DNA of 64,000 nucleotides from Nitrospina sp. (GTDB taxonomy: Bacteria; Nitrospinota; Nitrospinia; Nitrospinales; VA-1), in assembly GCA_018653085.1 (NCBI GenBank), contig JABIAY010000046.1, forward strand, positions 48,883-112,882, read 5' to 3'. A program made the translations under genes and the position numbers. Under the pieces are notes generated by a model, which worked only from the letters and a program-made list of their open reading frames with translations, was not told the DNA's origin and searched no databases. Shown here piece by piece: positions 1-10,324 of this stretch. How positions within the stretch are numbered: position 1 is the first letter of the stretch; each line of letters opens with the position of its first letter.

Positions 1-397
1 CTACTCGCGCCACTTCCCGGTAACCTGAGCTTTTAGCGATTTTTTCAAGAGGAACTGTGTTGGAAAGGGTGCGTTGCTTTCCTGTTGACTCATACACTTC
101 ATTATCAATCACAACGTGCACCAGATTCTTAGGTGCCTCTGCGGCAATCATGGCCAGCGTGCCCAGTGCCATCAACACGTTGCCATCTCCATCCAGCACA
201 ATCACCTTTCGGTCCGGTTTGCATAAAGCGACACCTAATCCAATGGAAGATGCCAGCCCCATGGAACCAATCATATAAAAATTCTCTGGCCGGTCTTTTA
301 AGTTAAACGACTCCCGGCAAATGAATCCGTTAGCATGCACCACGGGTTCATCTCCCAATAAGGGCAGTAATTCCTGAAATGCCTCAGTGCCTTTCAT
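1..397 (-). CDS. TPP-dependent decarboxylase beta subunit (sulfopyruvate/phosphonopyruvate decarboxylase, ComE-like), runs off the window edge
   Basis: Manual translation from ATG 397: MKGTEAFQELL...NFYMIGSMGLASSIGLGVAL...VIVLDGDGNVLM...VIDNEVYESTG, with the GDG...N TPP-binding motif; overlaps the alpha subunit stop. Confidence 0.8.
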   Translation of the reverse strand, partial: MKGTEAFQELLPLLGDEPVVHANGFICRESFNLKDRPENFYMIGSMGLASSIGLGVALCKPDRKVIVLDGDGNVLMALGTLAMIAAEAPKNLVHVVIDNEVYESTGKQRTLSNTVPLEKIAKSSGYREVARV

Positions 398-890
398 CAA
401 ACAGCCCTTTCTCAATGATGAGCGTGTAGGGAAGCTTTTCCTCATTAATTTTTTGCATGGCAGTTGCGAGAACCTGGTCGAAATTTTCCGGCTTTAAAAC
501 CGAGTAATCCATTCCTGCAGTTTCAAGAAGTTTTTGGCTGATGTCTCCCATGATGATGTGCTCGGGAGCATCTTTTCCACCCTGACCCCGCCAGCTCATA
601 ATGACCAAAACAGGAATCCGGTAAATCAGGTTCAGCGAGGTGAACGCGTTGAGACAATAACCCAGTCCTGAGTTCTGCATCAGCAGAACGGGCAGGGCGC
701 CGGAAAGATAGGCCCCCGCACACAGGCCCACTGCTGAATCTTCCCTCACCGATGGAATATATTTGGCGTCCTCAACTTCTTCCAGATGGGAAATCACGCC
801 TGATAACAGTGAGCAGGGAACACCGGTAAAAAACTTAAAGTTTTCCCGGATCAATCGGTCAACGAATGTTTGAGATGTAAGAGACGACAC
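384..890 (-). CDS. TPP-dependent decarboxylase alpha subunit (ComD-like / phosphonopyruvate decarboxylase N-terminal half)
   Basis: FFTGVPCSLL, REDSAVGLCAGAYL, LMQNSGLG, WRG...APEH motifs. Confidence 0.85.
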   Translation of the reverse strand: MSSLTSQTFVDRLIRENFKFFTGVPCSLLSGVISHLEEVEDAKYIPSVREDSAVGLCAGAYLSGALPVLLMQNSGLGYCLNAFTSLNLIYRIPVLVIMSWRGQGGKDAPEHIIMGDISQKLLETAGMDYSVLKPENFDQVLATAMQKINEEKLPYTLIIEKGLFDERH

Positions 891-901
891 GTAGGGTTCC
901 T

Positions 902-1834
902 TTACCAGTTTTGGATGGAGCGTTCGCCACCATATTGGCCCTGAAGTTTATGGACGAGTTTGATATATTCCACAATACCTTCTTGACCGGGAAACTCAAC
1001 GCCAAGATCCTGAGCCGCCTGACTGGACATCGGTACGCCATCTTCCCCCATGACACCTTCAACTTCGCCGAATGAATCGATGGTATCCGCAATTAATTTT
1101 CCAAGATCCATGTTATGGATATGCCCATCTACCAGGTGGTAGGTTTTTCCAGAGGCCTCCGCGTTTCCCATGATCTTCTGTATAGCCTGAACCACCGAAC
1201 CCACCGAAACATATTTGGTACTGCCCTTAACGTCCACGTTGTAATTCGTGGCGAGGAAATCAATAGTTTGAAACCATTCGGACTTGTCAAGCTGGGGGCG
1301 CACTCCATACATGGTTACTGGCCGCAGGATAGTTAAGTCAAATGCCCGGCTCTTCTGGTAATAGTGGCAAAATCCTTCGATCGAGGATTTGATGGAGCCA
1401 TAGAGACTGCTGGGCCAAACGGGGTGATTTTCATCGAGCGGGTGTTCCGCATCAACCGTAGGGAGAATTTGTCCAAACACCGTGCACGAACTCATGAAGA
1501 TCACCTGCTTGACCTTTGCCTTTTTGGCCTCTTCCAGCAAATCAAAGGAACCGTTGACATTGACCTTGATCAGTTCATCAAAAGCCTGAACCGGACCGGG
1601 AAAATGGGCCAGGTGTATCAGCACCTCCGCGTCCTGTACAAGCTTTGCAAGGGATTCCCGATCCTCCAAACCGCCAATAATAAAGTCTACATCCTCAAAG
1701 GTCTTCAAGTGTTCCACCACGCTTCCTTCACGGATCAGAGCGCGGACATTATGACCTTTCGGATTTTCTTCAACAATTTTTTTGATGAGATGGGAGCCCA
1801 ACATTCCGGTAATACCGGTGAGCGCTATATTCAT
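902..1834 (-). CDS. NAD-dependent epimerase/dehydratase (extended SDR)
   Basis: TGITGMLG Rossmann motif, IHLA, FMSS, YGSIK catalytic YxxxK; start placed at ATG 1834 after a GGAG-like RBS. Confidence 0.85.
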   Translation of the reverse strand: MNIALTGITGMLGSHLIKKIVEENPKGHNVRALIREGSVVEHLKTFEDVDFIIGGLEDRESLAKLVQDAEVLIHLAHFPGPVQAFDELIKVNVNGSFDLLEEAKKAKVKQVIFMSSCTVFGQILPTVDAEHPLDENHPVWPSSLYGSIKSSIEGFCHYYQKSRAFDLTILRPVTMYGVRPQLDKSEWFQTIDFLATNYNVDVKGSTKYVSVGSVVQAIQKIMGNAEASGKTYHLVDGHIHNMDLGKLIADTIDSFGEVEGVMGEDGVPMSSQAAQDLGVEFPGQEGIVEYIKLVHKLQGQYGGERSIQNW

Positions 1835-1989
1835 TCCTAACCTCCAGACGGAGTACCTTATCAGGTAACAGGTTGTTTCAAATGGAACTGACCGGATCGC
1901 TACTATTGGCGATGCGGCCAGTCTTTCAGGCAAAAGAATTTTTTATTATGGTGACCGGTAAAAACGAAGTCAACCTTTTTCCCAGTATT

Positions 1990-4656
1990 CTAGCTATCTT
2001 GCCAATTAAACTCGGGGAAAAGGTTCAAATGGTCTTCCCGAATAACGGCCTGGGCGGCGGCGAGGATGGCAGTGGGCACACGATAAGGGGAACAACTGAC
2101 GTAATCCAAACCCATTTTATTAAAAAAGTTTATCGATGAGGGGTCTCCACCATGCTCTCCGCATACCCCCAAATGAATATTGGGTTTGACCTTTTTTCCC
2201 TTTTCAATCGCGATACGAATCAATTGACCCACCCCATCCGTGTCCACCGTTACAAATGGGTCATGGGTCAGCAGTCCTTTTTCGAGATATTCGTTGAGGA
2301 AACTGCCGGCATCGTCCCGGCTGAGCCCGAAAGCGGTCTGGGTCAGATCGTTGGTTCCGAAGGAAAAGAAATCTGCCTCCACCGCAATTTCATCCGCCAT
2401 CAGAGCTGTCCGGGGAAGCTCGATCATGCTACCAATTTTATAATTCAGCGGCACACCGGTTTTTTGAACCACTTCTTCTGCCACTTCCATGATGAGTTCA
2501 CGCACAACTTTGAATTCATTTACATGCGCGACAAGCGGTACCATGATTTCCGGAAAAATTTTAACGCCTCTTTTGACCAGCTTGCAGGCCGCTTCCACAA
2601 TGGCCCTGACTTGCATCCGGTAAATATCCGGAAAAGTAATTCCAAGCCGGCAACCCCGATGCCCAAGCATGGGGTTAACTTCTTTCATATTTTCGATTTT
2701 TTTCCCCAGAGCCCCCGGGGATACTTTCATTTTTTTCGCCAGGTTTTTTATTTCCGCCGGAGAATTAGGCAGGAATTCATGCAAAGGGGGATCCAATAAC
2801 CGTACCGTAACGGGAAATCCCTCCATCACCTTAAAAATTTCCGTAAAATCCCCGCGTTGGATGGGAAGCAGCTTTTTCAACACCTCATCGCGGACTTTTC
2901 CGTCCTCGGCTACAATCATTTTCCGAACCAGGGAAATGCGTTCCTCATCAAAGAACATATGTTCCGTCCGGCATAACCCTATTCCTTGCGCCCCAAAATC
3001 CCGTGCCATCAATGCATCGTGCGGGGTATCGGCATTGGCTCTAATTTGCAGGGATCGGACTTCCCCTGCCCAGGTCATCATTCGCGTGAAATTACTGGTC
3101 AACCGGGACTGGATCAAAGGCACCGCCCCTTTAATCACCTGACCCGTGGTTCCATCCAAAGTAATCGAGTCCAGTTCCTTAAGCTGAATGTTTCCAAGCG
3201 TGCACTTTTTTCTTTTTACGTTAACCTCCAGAGCGTTGACTCCGGAAACGCAAGGCTTGCCCATCGCCCGGGCCACCACTGCGGCATGAGAAGTCATGCC
3301 TCCTCTGGCGGTCAGGATTCCCTGCGACACGCTCATTCCATGAATATCCTCCGGAGATGTTTCCGTGCGGACAAGAATGACCTTTTCTTTTTTCTCAGCC
3401 AGTTCCTGGGCACGCTCGGGAGTGAATACAATTTTTCCTGCCGCCGCACCGGGGGAGGCGCCCAGGCCTTTTGCCAGCAATTTCAATTTTGCTTTGGGGT
3501 CAATCATCGGATGAAAGATTTGATCCAACTGATTTGCCGGAACCCGCATCAAGGCTTCCCGTTTACTGATCAACCCCTCGTTCACCATATCGATTGCCAC
3601 TTTGATGGCCGAGGCGGCTGTGCGTTTACCAGCCCGGGTCTGCAATAAATACAGTTTCTGGTCTTCAATGGTGAACTCCAGGTCCTGCATGTCTTTGTAA
3701 TGGGTTTCCAGTTTCTGATAAACCTTTACCAGGGTCTGATATACCTGGGGCATATCCTGCTCCAGCTTTTCGATCGAGTTGGGCGTCCGGATTCCCGCAA
3801 CGACATCCTCGCCCTGGGCATTGATCATGTATTCCCCGTAAAATTTCTTTTCCCCTGTTGCCGGGTTCCGGGTAAACGCAACGCCTGTCGCGGAGGTATC
3901 TCCCATATTGCCAAACACCATGGACTGGACCGTGACCGCTGTACCCCATTCGTGCGGGATGCCATTCAGCCTCCTGTATGTTCGTGCCCGTTCCGTGTTC
4001 CAGGAATTGAAAACCGCTTCAACGGTCATGCGCAGTTGTTGCATGGAATCTTCCGGAAACTCTTCCTGGGTTGTGCGGACCACCAGAGTCTTGAACTGCT
4101 TGATGAGTGCTTTCAACTCCTGCGAAGTAAATTCTGTATCAAATTCAATTTTACGTTTTAATTTTTTCTTGGCGAGGAGCGCCTCAAACCGCTCTCCGGG
4201 AATCCCCAGCACAACATCTCCAAACATAGCAATGAACCGGCGATACGAGTCGAGCGCAAACCACTCGTTGTTGGTGCTCTTGGCCAAACCCTTAACGGTG
4301 CTATCGTTCAGCCCCAGGTTCAACACCGTATCCATCATACCGGGCATGGAAACCCGGGCACCCGATCTCACCGCGACAAGAAGGGGGTTTTCTGTATCGC
4401 CAAATTTTCTTCCCAGACCTTGTTCCAGATTTTTCAGACAGGCAAGAACTTCACTCCACAATTTAGGAGGGAGGGTATTTTTGTGCTTGAAATAGTAAAC
4501 GCAGGCTTCTGTGCTTATTGTGAATCCGGGAGGGACTTGTATTCCCAGGGAGGCCATCTCGGCAAGGTTGGCACCTTTCCCCCCCAGGAGGTTTTTCATT
4601 TCTGCATTGCCCTCGGTGTTTTCATCCCCGAAGGCGTAAATATATTTCTGCGTCAT
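1990..4656 (-). CDS. ppdK: pyruvate, phosphate dikinase
   Basis: LLGGKGANLAEM, RSGARVSMPGMMDTVLN, GGMTSHAAVVAR phospho-His, GLCRTEHMF, CGEHGG. Confidence 0.98.
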   Translation of the reverse strand: MTQKYIYAFGDENTEGNAEMKNLLGGKGANLAEMASLGIQVPPGFTISTEACVYYFKHKNTLPPKLWSEVLACLKNLEQGLGRKFGDTENPLLVAVRSGARVSMPGMMDTVLNLGLNDSTVKGLAKSTNNEWFALDSYRRFIAMFGDVVLGIPGERFEALLAKKKLKRKIEFDTEFTSQELKALIKQFKTLVVRTTQEEFPEDSMQQLRMTVEAVFNSWNTERARTYRRLNGIPHEWGTAVTVQSMVFGNMGDTSATGVAFTRNPATGEKKFYGEYMINAQGEDVVAGIRTPNSIEKLEQDMPQVYQTLVKVYQKLETHYKDMQDLEFTIEDQKLYLLQTRAGKRTAASAIKVAIDMVNEGLISKREALMRVPANQLDQIFHPMIDPKAKLKLLAKGLGASPGAAAGKIVFTPERAQELAEKKEKVILVRTETSPEDIHGMSVSQGILTARGGMTSHAAVVARAMGKPCVSGVNALEVNVKRKKCTLGNIQLKELDSITLDGTTGQVIKGAVPLIQSRLTSNFTRMMTWAGEVRSLQIRANADTPHDALMARDFGAQGIGLCRTEHMFFDEERISLVRKMIVAEDGKVRDEVLKKLLPIQRGDFTEIFKVMEGFPVTVRLLDPPLHEFLPNSPAEIKNLAKKMKVSPGALGKKIENMKEVNPMLGHRGCRLGITFPDIYRMQVRAIVEAACKLVKRGVKIFPEIMVPLVAHVNEFKVVRELIMEVAEEVVQKTGVPLNYKIGSMIELPRTALMADEIAVEADFFSFGTNDLTQTAFGLSRDDAGSFLNEYLEKGLLTHDPFVTVDTDGVGQLIRIAIEKGKKVKPNIHLGVCGEHGGDPSSINFFNKMGLDYVSCSPYRVPTAILAAAQAVIREDHLNLFPEFNWQDS

Positions 4657-4744
4657 AAAAAGAACCTAGCCAACTAACTGAAAGTAGAGGCCAAAGTGAT
4701 GTGCAAATGGAATAAAGCTAGGTTATCTGAAGGCTAGGAAGTTT

Positions 4745-6811
4745 TCAACTTTTTTTCAAAACAATGCGGGAAAAATCGGCCAACTCTGAAAACAAACCGG
4801 AAATCTGTTGAAGCAGGCAAAGCCGGTTTTTGCGTAACGAGGCATCTTCCACCATGACCATGACTTCATCGAAGAAGCTGTCAACAGCGGGTTTTATTTC
4901 TACAATTTTTTCCAGGGCCTGAGAAAATTCCTTGTTTTGAATATGCCGGAACACCGGGTCCCGAACTTTCAAGTACATCTCGAACAACTTTTTTTCGGCC
5001 GGGTCATTTAACAGTCCAGGGTCCACATCACCCACCGCCTCGTCATTCAGTATGCTGACAACTCTGCGAAAAGCAATTGCCAAAGGTTCGAAGTAGGGTT
5101 GCTTTTTCAAATCAGAAAAAGCCGCAACCTTTGCCCTGATATCAACAATGGAATCCAACCCTGTGGACAATACACAATCAATCGCGTCATAGGGAAACCC
5201 CTCTGCGTTCAAATATGTTTTGTATCGCTGAGAAAATAATTCCATCACGTGATTCCTGATGGTTTCAGGGTCCAGCTTGATTTTCGATCCCATGGAGCCG
5301 AGACTCTCCTCCACAAGACTGTCCAGCGAAACCTGCCAATTCCGGTGCAGGAAAATCTGTATGATGCCCAGTGCATTTCGTCTCAGGCCATAGGGGTCTT
5401 CAGAGCCACTGGGGATCAAACCCACCCCGATACAGCCCAGAATAGTGTCGAGCTTGTCGGCAACCGCGATAACTGCTCCCAACTCGCTTGCAGGAGGATC
5501 GTCTCCCGCAAAGGCAGGACGATAATGTTCCTTGATAGCCTGAGCGACTTCGGGCTCCTCTCCCGAATGGGCCGCGTAATATCCGCCCATGATCCCCTGC
5601 AGTTCCGGAAATTCATAAACCATCAATGTCATCAGGTCAGCTTTGCACAACTGTGCGGCTCTCAATGCCTGCGATTTCTTATCCGGGCAGGCGTGATCGG
5701 ACAAAACGCCGGCAAGATCACAAACCCTTTCCATTTTTTCATGCAAGGTTCCCAGTTTTTTCTGGAAAACGACTCCCTTCAGTGGCTCGACAAAGTCAGC
5801 CAAATTTTTCTTTTTGTCCTCATCATAGAAAAACCGGGCATCTTCCAATCGGGCACGCAAAACCCGCTCGTTGCCATTTTTGATTTCAGGTCCCGCAGAC
5901 ATATTGCTGATCGTAATGAAGCAGGGCAGTAAATTTTCTTTTCCGTCAGAGACGGGAAAGTATTTCTGGTGATACTTCATCGTCATCACCAATAATTCCT
6001 TAGGCAGTTCCAGAAAACGGGGGTCAAAATCTCCACGGATAGCAACCGGGAACTCCACCAGATAATTTACGATATTCAGCAGTTCCGTATCTTTTTCCAC
6101 AAATCCGCCAGCTTCCCGGGCAAGATTTTCAACCTGCTCAAGAATTTTCTGTTTCCTCAATTCCGGGTCAACCATCAAGAAATGGTTTGCGCTCTCTTCT
6201 AAATACGAAGCAAGGTTTTTCACTTGGAATTTATCGGGTTTTAAAAATCTATGGCCCTGCGACAGGTCACCGCACTGAATACCATCAAAACTGAACTCCA
6301 AAGGCTTGCCATCAAAGACTGCGATGATCCAATGTAAAGGCCGTGCGAAAGGGCGGGCCTTGTCTGCCCAGCGCATTTTTTTCGGGAAAGAGATATTGCC
6401 AATAAGCTGGGGAAGGAACTCATTCAGATGGTCCGGAGTAGGGCGGCCTTTTTTCTCTACACGGGCACAGACCACCTCGCCTTTCGGGGTATTATCACGA
6501 GTCAATTCAGAAACATCCAATCCCTTGCCCCTGGCAAACCCCATTGCCGCTTTGGTCGGTTCCCCCTGGTCGTCATAAGCCACAGAAACATTTGGGCCAT
6601 GAAAGAGCTCCACAATATCTTCCTGCAAGGCATCCACCCCTTTTACTGAAATCACCAACCTTCTCGGCGTGCCCAGAATCTCTGGGGCCTCGGCCTTTAT
6701 CCGGTTGCGGGAGAAAAAGGAGGCCAATTCCTCACGCATATATTCAAGGGCAGGTTGAACATATCCTGAGGGGATTTCCTCGGAGCCAATTTCTAGAAAT
6801 AATTCGGGCAT
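4745..6811 (-). CDS. glyS: glycine--tRNA ligase beta subunit
   Basis: LFLEIGSEEIP, TPRRL, GNERVLRARLEDARFFY, EFPELQGIMG, GSEDPYGLRR, C-terminal DALR domain. Confidence 0.97.
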   Translation of the reverse strand: MPELFLEIGSEEIPSGYVQPALEYMREELASFFSRNRIKAEAPEILGTPRRLVISVKGVDALQEDIVELFHGPNVSVAYDDQGEPTKAAMGFARGKGLDVSELTRDNTPKGEVVCARVEKKGRPTPDHLNEFLPQLIGNISFPKKMRWADKARPFARPLHWIIAVFDGKPLEFSFDGIQCGDLSQGHRFLKPDKFQVKNLASYLEESANHFLMVDPELRKQKILEQVENLAREAGGFVEKDTELLNIVNYLVEFPVAIRGDFDPRFLELPKELLVMTMKYHQKYFPVSDGKENLLPCFITISNMSAGPEIKNGNERVLRARLEDARFFYDEDKKKNLADFVEPLKGVVFQKKLGTLHEKMERVCDLAGVLSDHACPDKKSQALRAAQLCKADLMTLMVYEFPELQGIMGGYYAAHSGEEPEVAQAIKEHYRPAFAGDDPPASELGAVIAVADKLDTILGCIGVGLIPSGSEDPYGLRRNALGIIQIFLHRNWQVSLDSLVEESLGSMGSKIKLDPETIRNHVMELFSQRYKTYLNAEGFPYDAIDCVLSTGLDSIVDIRAKVAAFSDLKKQPYFEPLAIAFRRVVSILNDEAVGDVDPGLLNDPAEKKLFEMYLKVRDPVFRHIQNKEFSQALEKIVEIKPAVDSFFDEVMVMVEDASLRKNRLCLLQQISGLFSELADFSRIVLKKS

Positions 6812-6867
6812 ATCATTTGAACTCGGTTTAAACAATCACAAGACAACATTAGTTGGCAAAAACGGGT

Positions 6868-6895
6868 ATTATCGAACAAATATTCATAAAGTCAA
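6868..6895 (-). promoter_or_regulatory. putative sigma70 promoter for glyS
   Basis: TTGACT-16 nt-GATAAT on the minus strand, about 60 nt upstream of glyS. Confidence 0.4.
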
Positions 6896-7021
6896 CCACC
6901 AGCAGGGGGAGGTACCCATGTTCATAGCATATGTTGAAAATTTTTCAGGGTTATGCAATGTTAAGGGTTCTCTTAAAATTAATCTGAATCAAAAACCCAT
7001 GTTTCCCATTAAGGTTGTTTC

Positions 7022-9382
7022 ATGACCACCATTATTATTGTCATCATTGCGGTTGTCGTGCTGGTCGTGCTGGGTTCTAAAATATTTTCGTCGGGCTCTT
7101 CCGGCTCTTCTCGCCAGAGTGAGATGGCCCCCGGTACTAACGAGCCTTCCTCCAAAAAGGAAAAGAAAGAAAAGGCGGCCAAGTCCCCCGTTGAAAAGAG
7201 CCTGAAATTTTCCTCCGACATGGATGTCAGTGGTGCGGCCCTGTTTCGTCCCCCGCCCGAGGCCACGCTGTTCACCGGTCGAAAAGAGATATTGAAAGAA
7301 ATCGCCTCCAAGGCCACGACACGTCCGATCATGATAGGGATCAGCGGATTTTCGGGAGTCGGGAAAACCTGCCTGACCATTCCATTGAGCACCATGTTTG
7401 CCTCCCAGTATCCCGGTGCCCGCCTGTTTATAGACATGCAGGAGAATCATCCGGCTCCGCCTTCTGCGGAGGATATCATGCGGCGGATCATTTTAAAATT
7501 CCACCCTACTCAGCCCCTGCCCACTGATGAAAAAAAACTGACTAAACTGTATCGTGTGGCCTTAAAAAAACACAAAGGCATTTTGATTCTGGATAACGCC
7601 TCCGGTATTCAGCAGGTCAATCCCTTGATCCCCCCTTCTTCCTGGCTGTTAATCGTGACTTCGACCAAACCGATCATAATGCCAAAAATGGTTGCCATTG
7701 CACTGCAACCTATGGAAATTCTGGAGGCCCATACCTTATTGACCCGATGGGCTCCTGAAATCAGCCCGGCTATCAAAGAAATTTCCCTGATTTGCCAGGG
7801 CATCCCGCTGGCTCTGGAAATTACTGGCAAACTTTTTGCCATCAACTCCACCATGGCTCCGGATTATTTCGCAAAAAAATTCAAGGAAGCCCAGGAAAGC
7901 ATAGGGGGAGGCGGAGAAACGAGCAATTTAATTGATGGGGTTCGGGCCACACTGACCCTTAGCTATAATATGTTGCCGGAAAAAACCGCTCAGGTTTTCA
8001 GAAAACTTTATGTTTTTCCAGAATCTTTCACGGCAAGTGCCGCGTCCTTTATTTGTGAAGATCCTAAAGGCCTTTCACTTACCGGCTTGGAGAAGTTTGG
8101 CCTGATACAGCACAATGTCAATACCAACCGATTTTCCCTGCACCCTCAGATTAGAAAATTTATCAAGCCTTTGTTGAAATCTGCTGATCGGGCCATGGCA
8201 GAAAAACGTCTTGCTACCGAATTCATGAATGTGCTGGAAACCGCTTATCACCATATAAAAAAGGGTGGCAAAGACGCCGTAAAAGGATTCCGGTTGTTTG
8301 ACCTGGAACTCGAAAATATTAAAGCAGGCATGGAATGGGGCCGCAAACATTGTGCTCAGGATAAAGATGCGGCGCGAGTTTGCAGTGCCTACGTTGAAAA
8401 CGGGGCCACGATGATTGGCCAGCGCCTGTCCCCTGCAGAATGCATCCAGTGGTTTGAAGCGGCCCTCTCCGCCGCCAAGCTACTGGAAGACAAAGAGGCT
8501 GAAGGCCAGCATCTTCTGAACCTGGGTCAACAGTACGTTCTGCTGAACCGATCACAAGAGGCGATGGACACCCTGCAACGCGCACTCGCGTTTTGCAAAA
8601 AGGAAGGGGATATTGAAGGGCAAAGGACCGCTCTCCAGCAGTTGGTCCTGATCTGCCTGAAAAATAATAATTACAGTTTTGCCACTGAACATATGGAGGA
8701 AGACCTTGAGCTGGTGAGGGCCAGTGGGGACGAAGAAGAAGAGTTTAAACTTTTAGTGCAGCTAACAAAATTTTGTACGCAAAATAAGGAATACAATAAA
8801 GCGGTCCATACTGGGGAGAAGGCAATAGAACTGGCCACGATAAACGATGACAAGCCCCTGGAGATCACTCTGCTTCTCAGTCTGGGCAAAGGGTACGCGG
8901 AGATTGGGGAAGCGAAAAAAGCTCTCGAGAAACTTGAAATGGGCCTGGAACTTTCCGAAAGAACCAAGGGTTCACCTCTCCAGCTTGAACTGATCACGCA
9001 GGTCGGTAACGCGGCTCTCAAGGCCGGTGATATCCCCGGTGCCCTGAAGCATCTGGTAAAAGGGTTGGAAACAGTACGCAAAGCCAATAACCCGTCAACG
9101 GAAGGGTCTTTGCTGATCCAACTGGGTGAGGTCCATATGCATAACCAGGACGAGGATCAGGCTACGAAATATTTGGAAGAGGCTCAAGGCCTGTCTCAAA
9201 AAATCAAAGACCGCTTGATGGAAGGAAGAACACTGTGGGTATGGAGCCAGGCTTTGGGGAAAGCAGGCAACCTGGCAGGAGCAGTCAGCCGGGGGCAGGA
9301 GGCTCTAAAAATTTACGAAGAACTCAAAAAGATCGAAGCCAAAGACATTCGCACCCAAATTGAGAACTGGTCCAAAGACTAA
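7022..9382 (+). CDS. membrane-anchored STAND (NB-ARC-like) ATPase with C-terminal TPR repeats
   Basis: N-terminal hydrophobic helix; FTGR, Walker A GFSGVGKT, Walker B ILILDNA, GIPLAL, LSYNML, LHP; repeated TPR/SNAP-like helices. Confidence 0.85.
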   Translation: MTTIIIVIIAVVVLVVLGSKIFSSGSSGSSRQSEMAPGTNEPSSKKEKKEKAAKSPVEKSLKFSSDMDVSGAALFRPPPEATLFTGRKEILKEIASKATTRPIMIGISGFSGVGKTCLTIPLSTMFASQYPGARLFIDMQENHPAPPSAEDIMRRIILKFHPTQPLPTDEKKLTKLYRVALKKHKGILILDNASGIQQVNPLIPPSSWLLIVTSTKPIIMPKMVAIALQPMEILEAHTLLTRWAPEISPAIKEISLICQGIPLALEITGKLFAINSTMAPDYFAKKFKEAQESIGGGGETSNLIDGVRATLTLSYNMLPEKTAQVFRKLYVFPESFTASAASFICEDPKGLSLTGLEKFGLIQHNVNTNRFSLHPQIRKFIKPLLKSADRAMAEKRLATEFMNVLETAYHHIKKGGKDAVKGFRLFDLELENIKAGMEWGRKHCAQDKDAARVCSAYVENGATMIGQRLSPAECIQWFEAALSAAKLLEDKEAEGQHLLNLGQQYVLLNRSQEAMDTLQRALAFCKKEGDIEGQRTALQQLVLICLKNNNYSFATEHMEEDLELVRASGDEEEEFKLLVQLTKFCTQNKEYNKAVHTGEKAIELATINDDKPLEITLLLSLGKGYAEIGEAKKALEKLEMGLELSERTKGSPLQLELITQVGNAALKAGDIPGALKHLVKGLETVRKANNPSTEGSLLIQLGEVHMHNQDEDQATKYLEEAQGLSQKIKDRLMEGRTLWVWSQALGKAGNLAGAVSRGQEALKIYEELKKIEAKDIRTQIENWSKD

Positions 9383-9384
9383 GT

Positions 9385-10266
9385 TCAGGGTTGCAGGTGC
9401 TTTTTCAGCAGAGGAAACTCCATTGCTTCCCTCTGTTGTACATACCTTTCAGCACATAACCGAGCCAGGTTTCTTACCCGGCCTATGAACCCGGTTCGCT
9501 CCGTGACACTGATCGCTCCCCTGGCATCCAACTGATTGAAGGCATGTGAACATTTTAAAGTATAGTCGTACGCAGGCAGAACCAGTTCCTGCTCCAGCAA
9601 ACTCTTCGCTTCCGCTTCATACATATCAAACCACTGGAATAACCGCTCCTTATCCGATGCTTCAAAATTGTAACGCGAGAACTGTTTTTCCGTTTCCAGA
9701 TGAACATCGCCGTATAAAATATTTTCGTTCCATTTAAGATCATAAACATTGTCCACGTTTTGCAGGTACATGGAGATGCGTTCCAGTCCATAGGTCAACT
9801 CGGCAGTGACGGGTTTCAAGTCTATACCGCCGACCTGTTGAAAATAGGTGAACTGTGTGATTTCCATGCCATCCAGCCATACCTCCCACCCCAAACCCCA
9901 GGCCCCGAGTGTGGGTGATTCCCAATCGTCTTCTACAAAACGGATATCGTGTTTTAGTGGATCCACCCCCAATGAAGTCAGGCTTTCCAGATAAAGATCC
10001 TGCACGTCTTCAGGCGATGGCTTCAAGATGACCTGAAACTGGTAATAATGCTGAAGCCGGTTGGGATTTTCCCCGTACCTGCCATCAGCGGGCCTGCGTG
10101 AAGGCTCGACATAAGCGGCACTATAGGGCTCCGGACCCAATACACGGAAAAACGTGCAGGGGTTAAACGTCCCCGCGCCCACTTCAATGTCATAGGGCTG
10201 GTGCAGGGCACATCCCCTGGATGACCAGAAGTTTTGTAGATTAAGAATGACATCCTGAAAATTCAT
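9385..10266 (-). CDS. glyQ: glycine--tRNA ligase alpha subunit
   Basis: [52 protein letters not shown]. Confidence 0.98.
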   Translation of the reverse strand: MNFQDVILNLQNFWSSRGCALHQPYDIEVGAGTFNPCTFFRVLGPEPYSAAYVEPSRRPADGRYGENPNRLQHYYQFQVILKPSPEDVQDLYLESLTSLGVDPLKHDIRFVEDDWESPTLGAWGLGWEVWLDGMEITQFTYFQQVGGIDLKPVTAELTYGLERISMYLQNVDNVYDLKWNENILYGDVHLETEKQFSRYNFEASDKERLFQWFDMYEAEAKSLLEQELVLPAYDYTLKCSHAFNQLDARGAISVTERTGFIGRVRNLARLCAERYVQQREAMEFPLLKKHLQP

Positions 10267-10324
10267 AGCGTCTGGGTGTATCAAAGTTTAGCAGATAAAG
10301 TCAACCCCCCCCCTTGGCAGGAGG

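Noticed and set aside
2152-4495. Long + strand ORFs opposite ppdK (similar shadows over glyS, hppA, hisG, FkbH and mla genes)
   Set aside because: Antisense shadows of well-supported genes with no recognisable motifs
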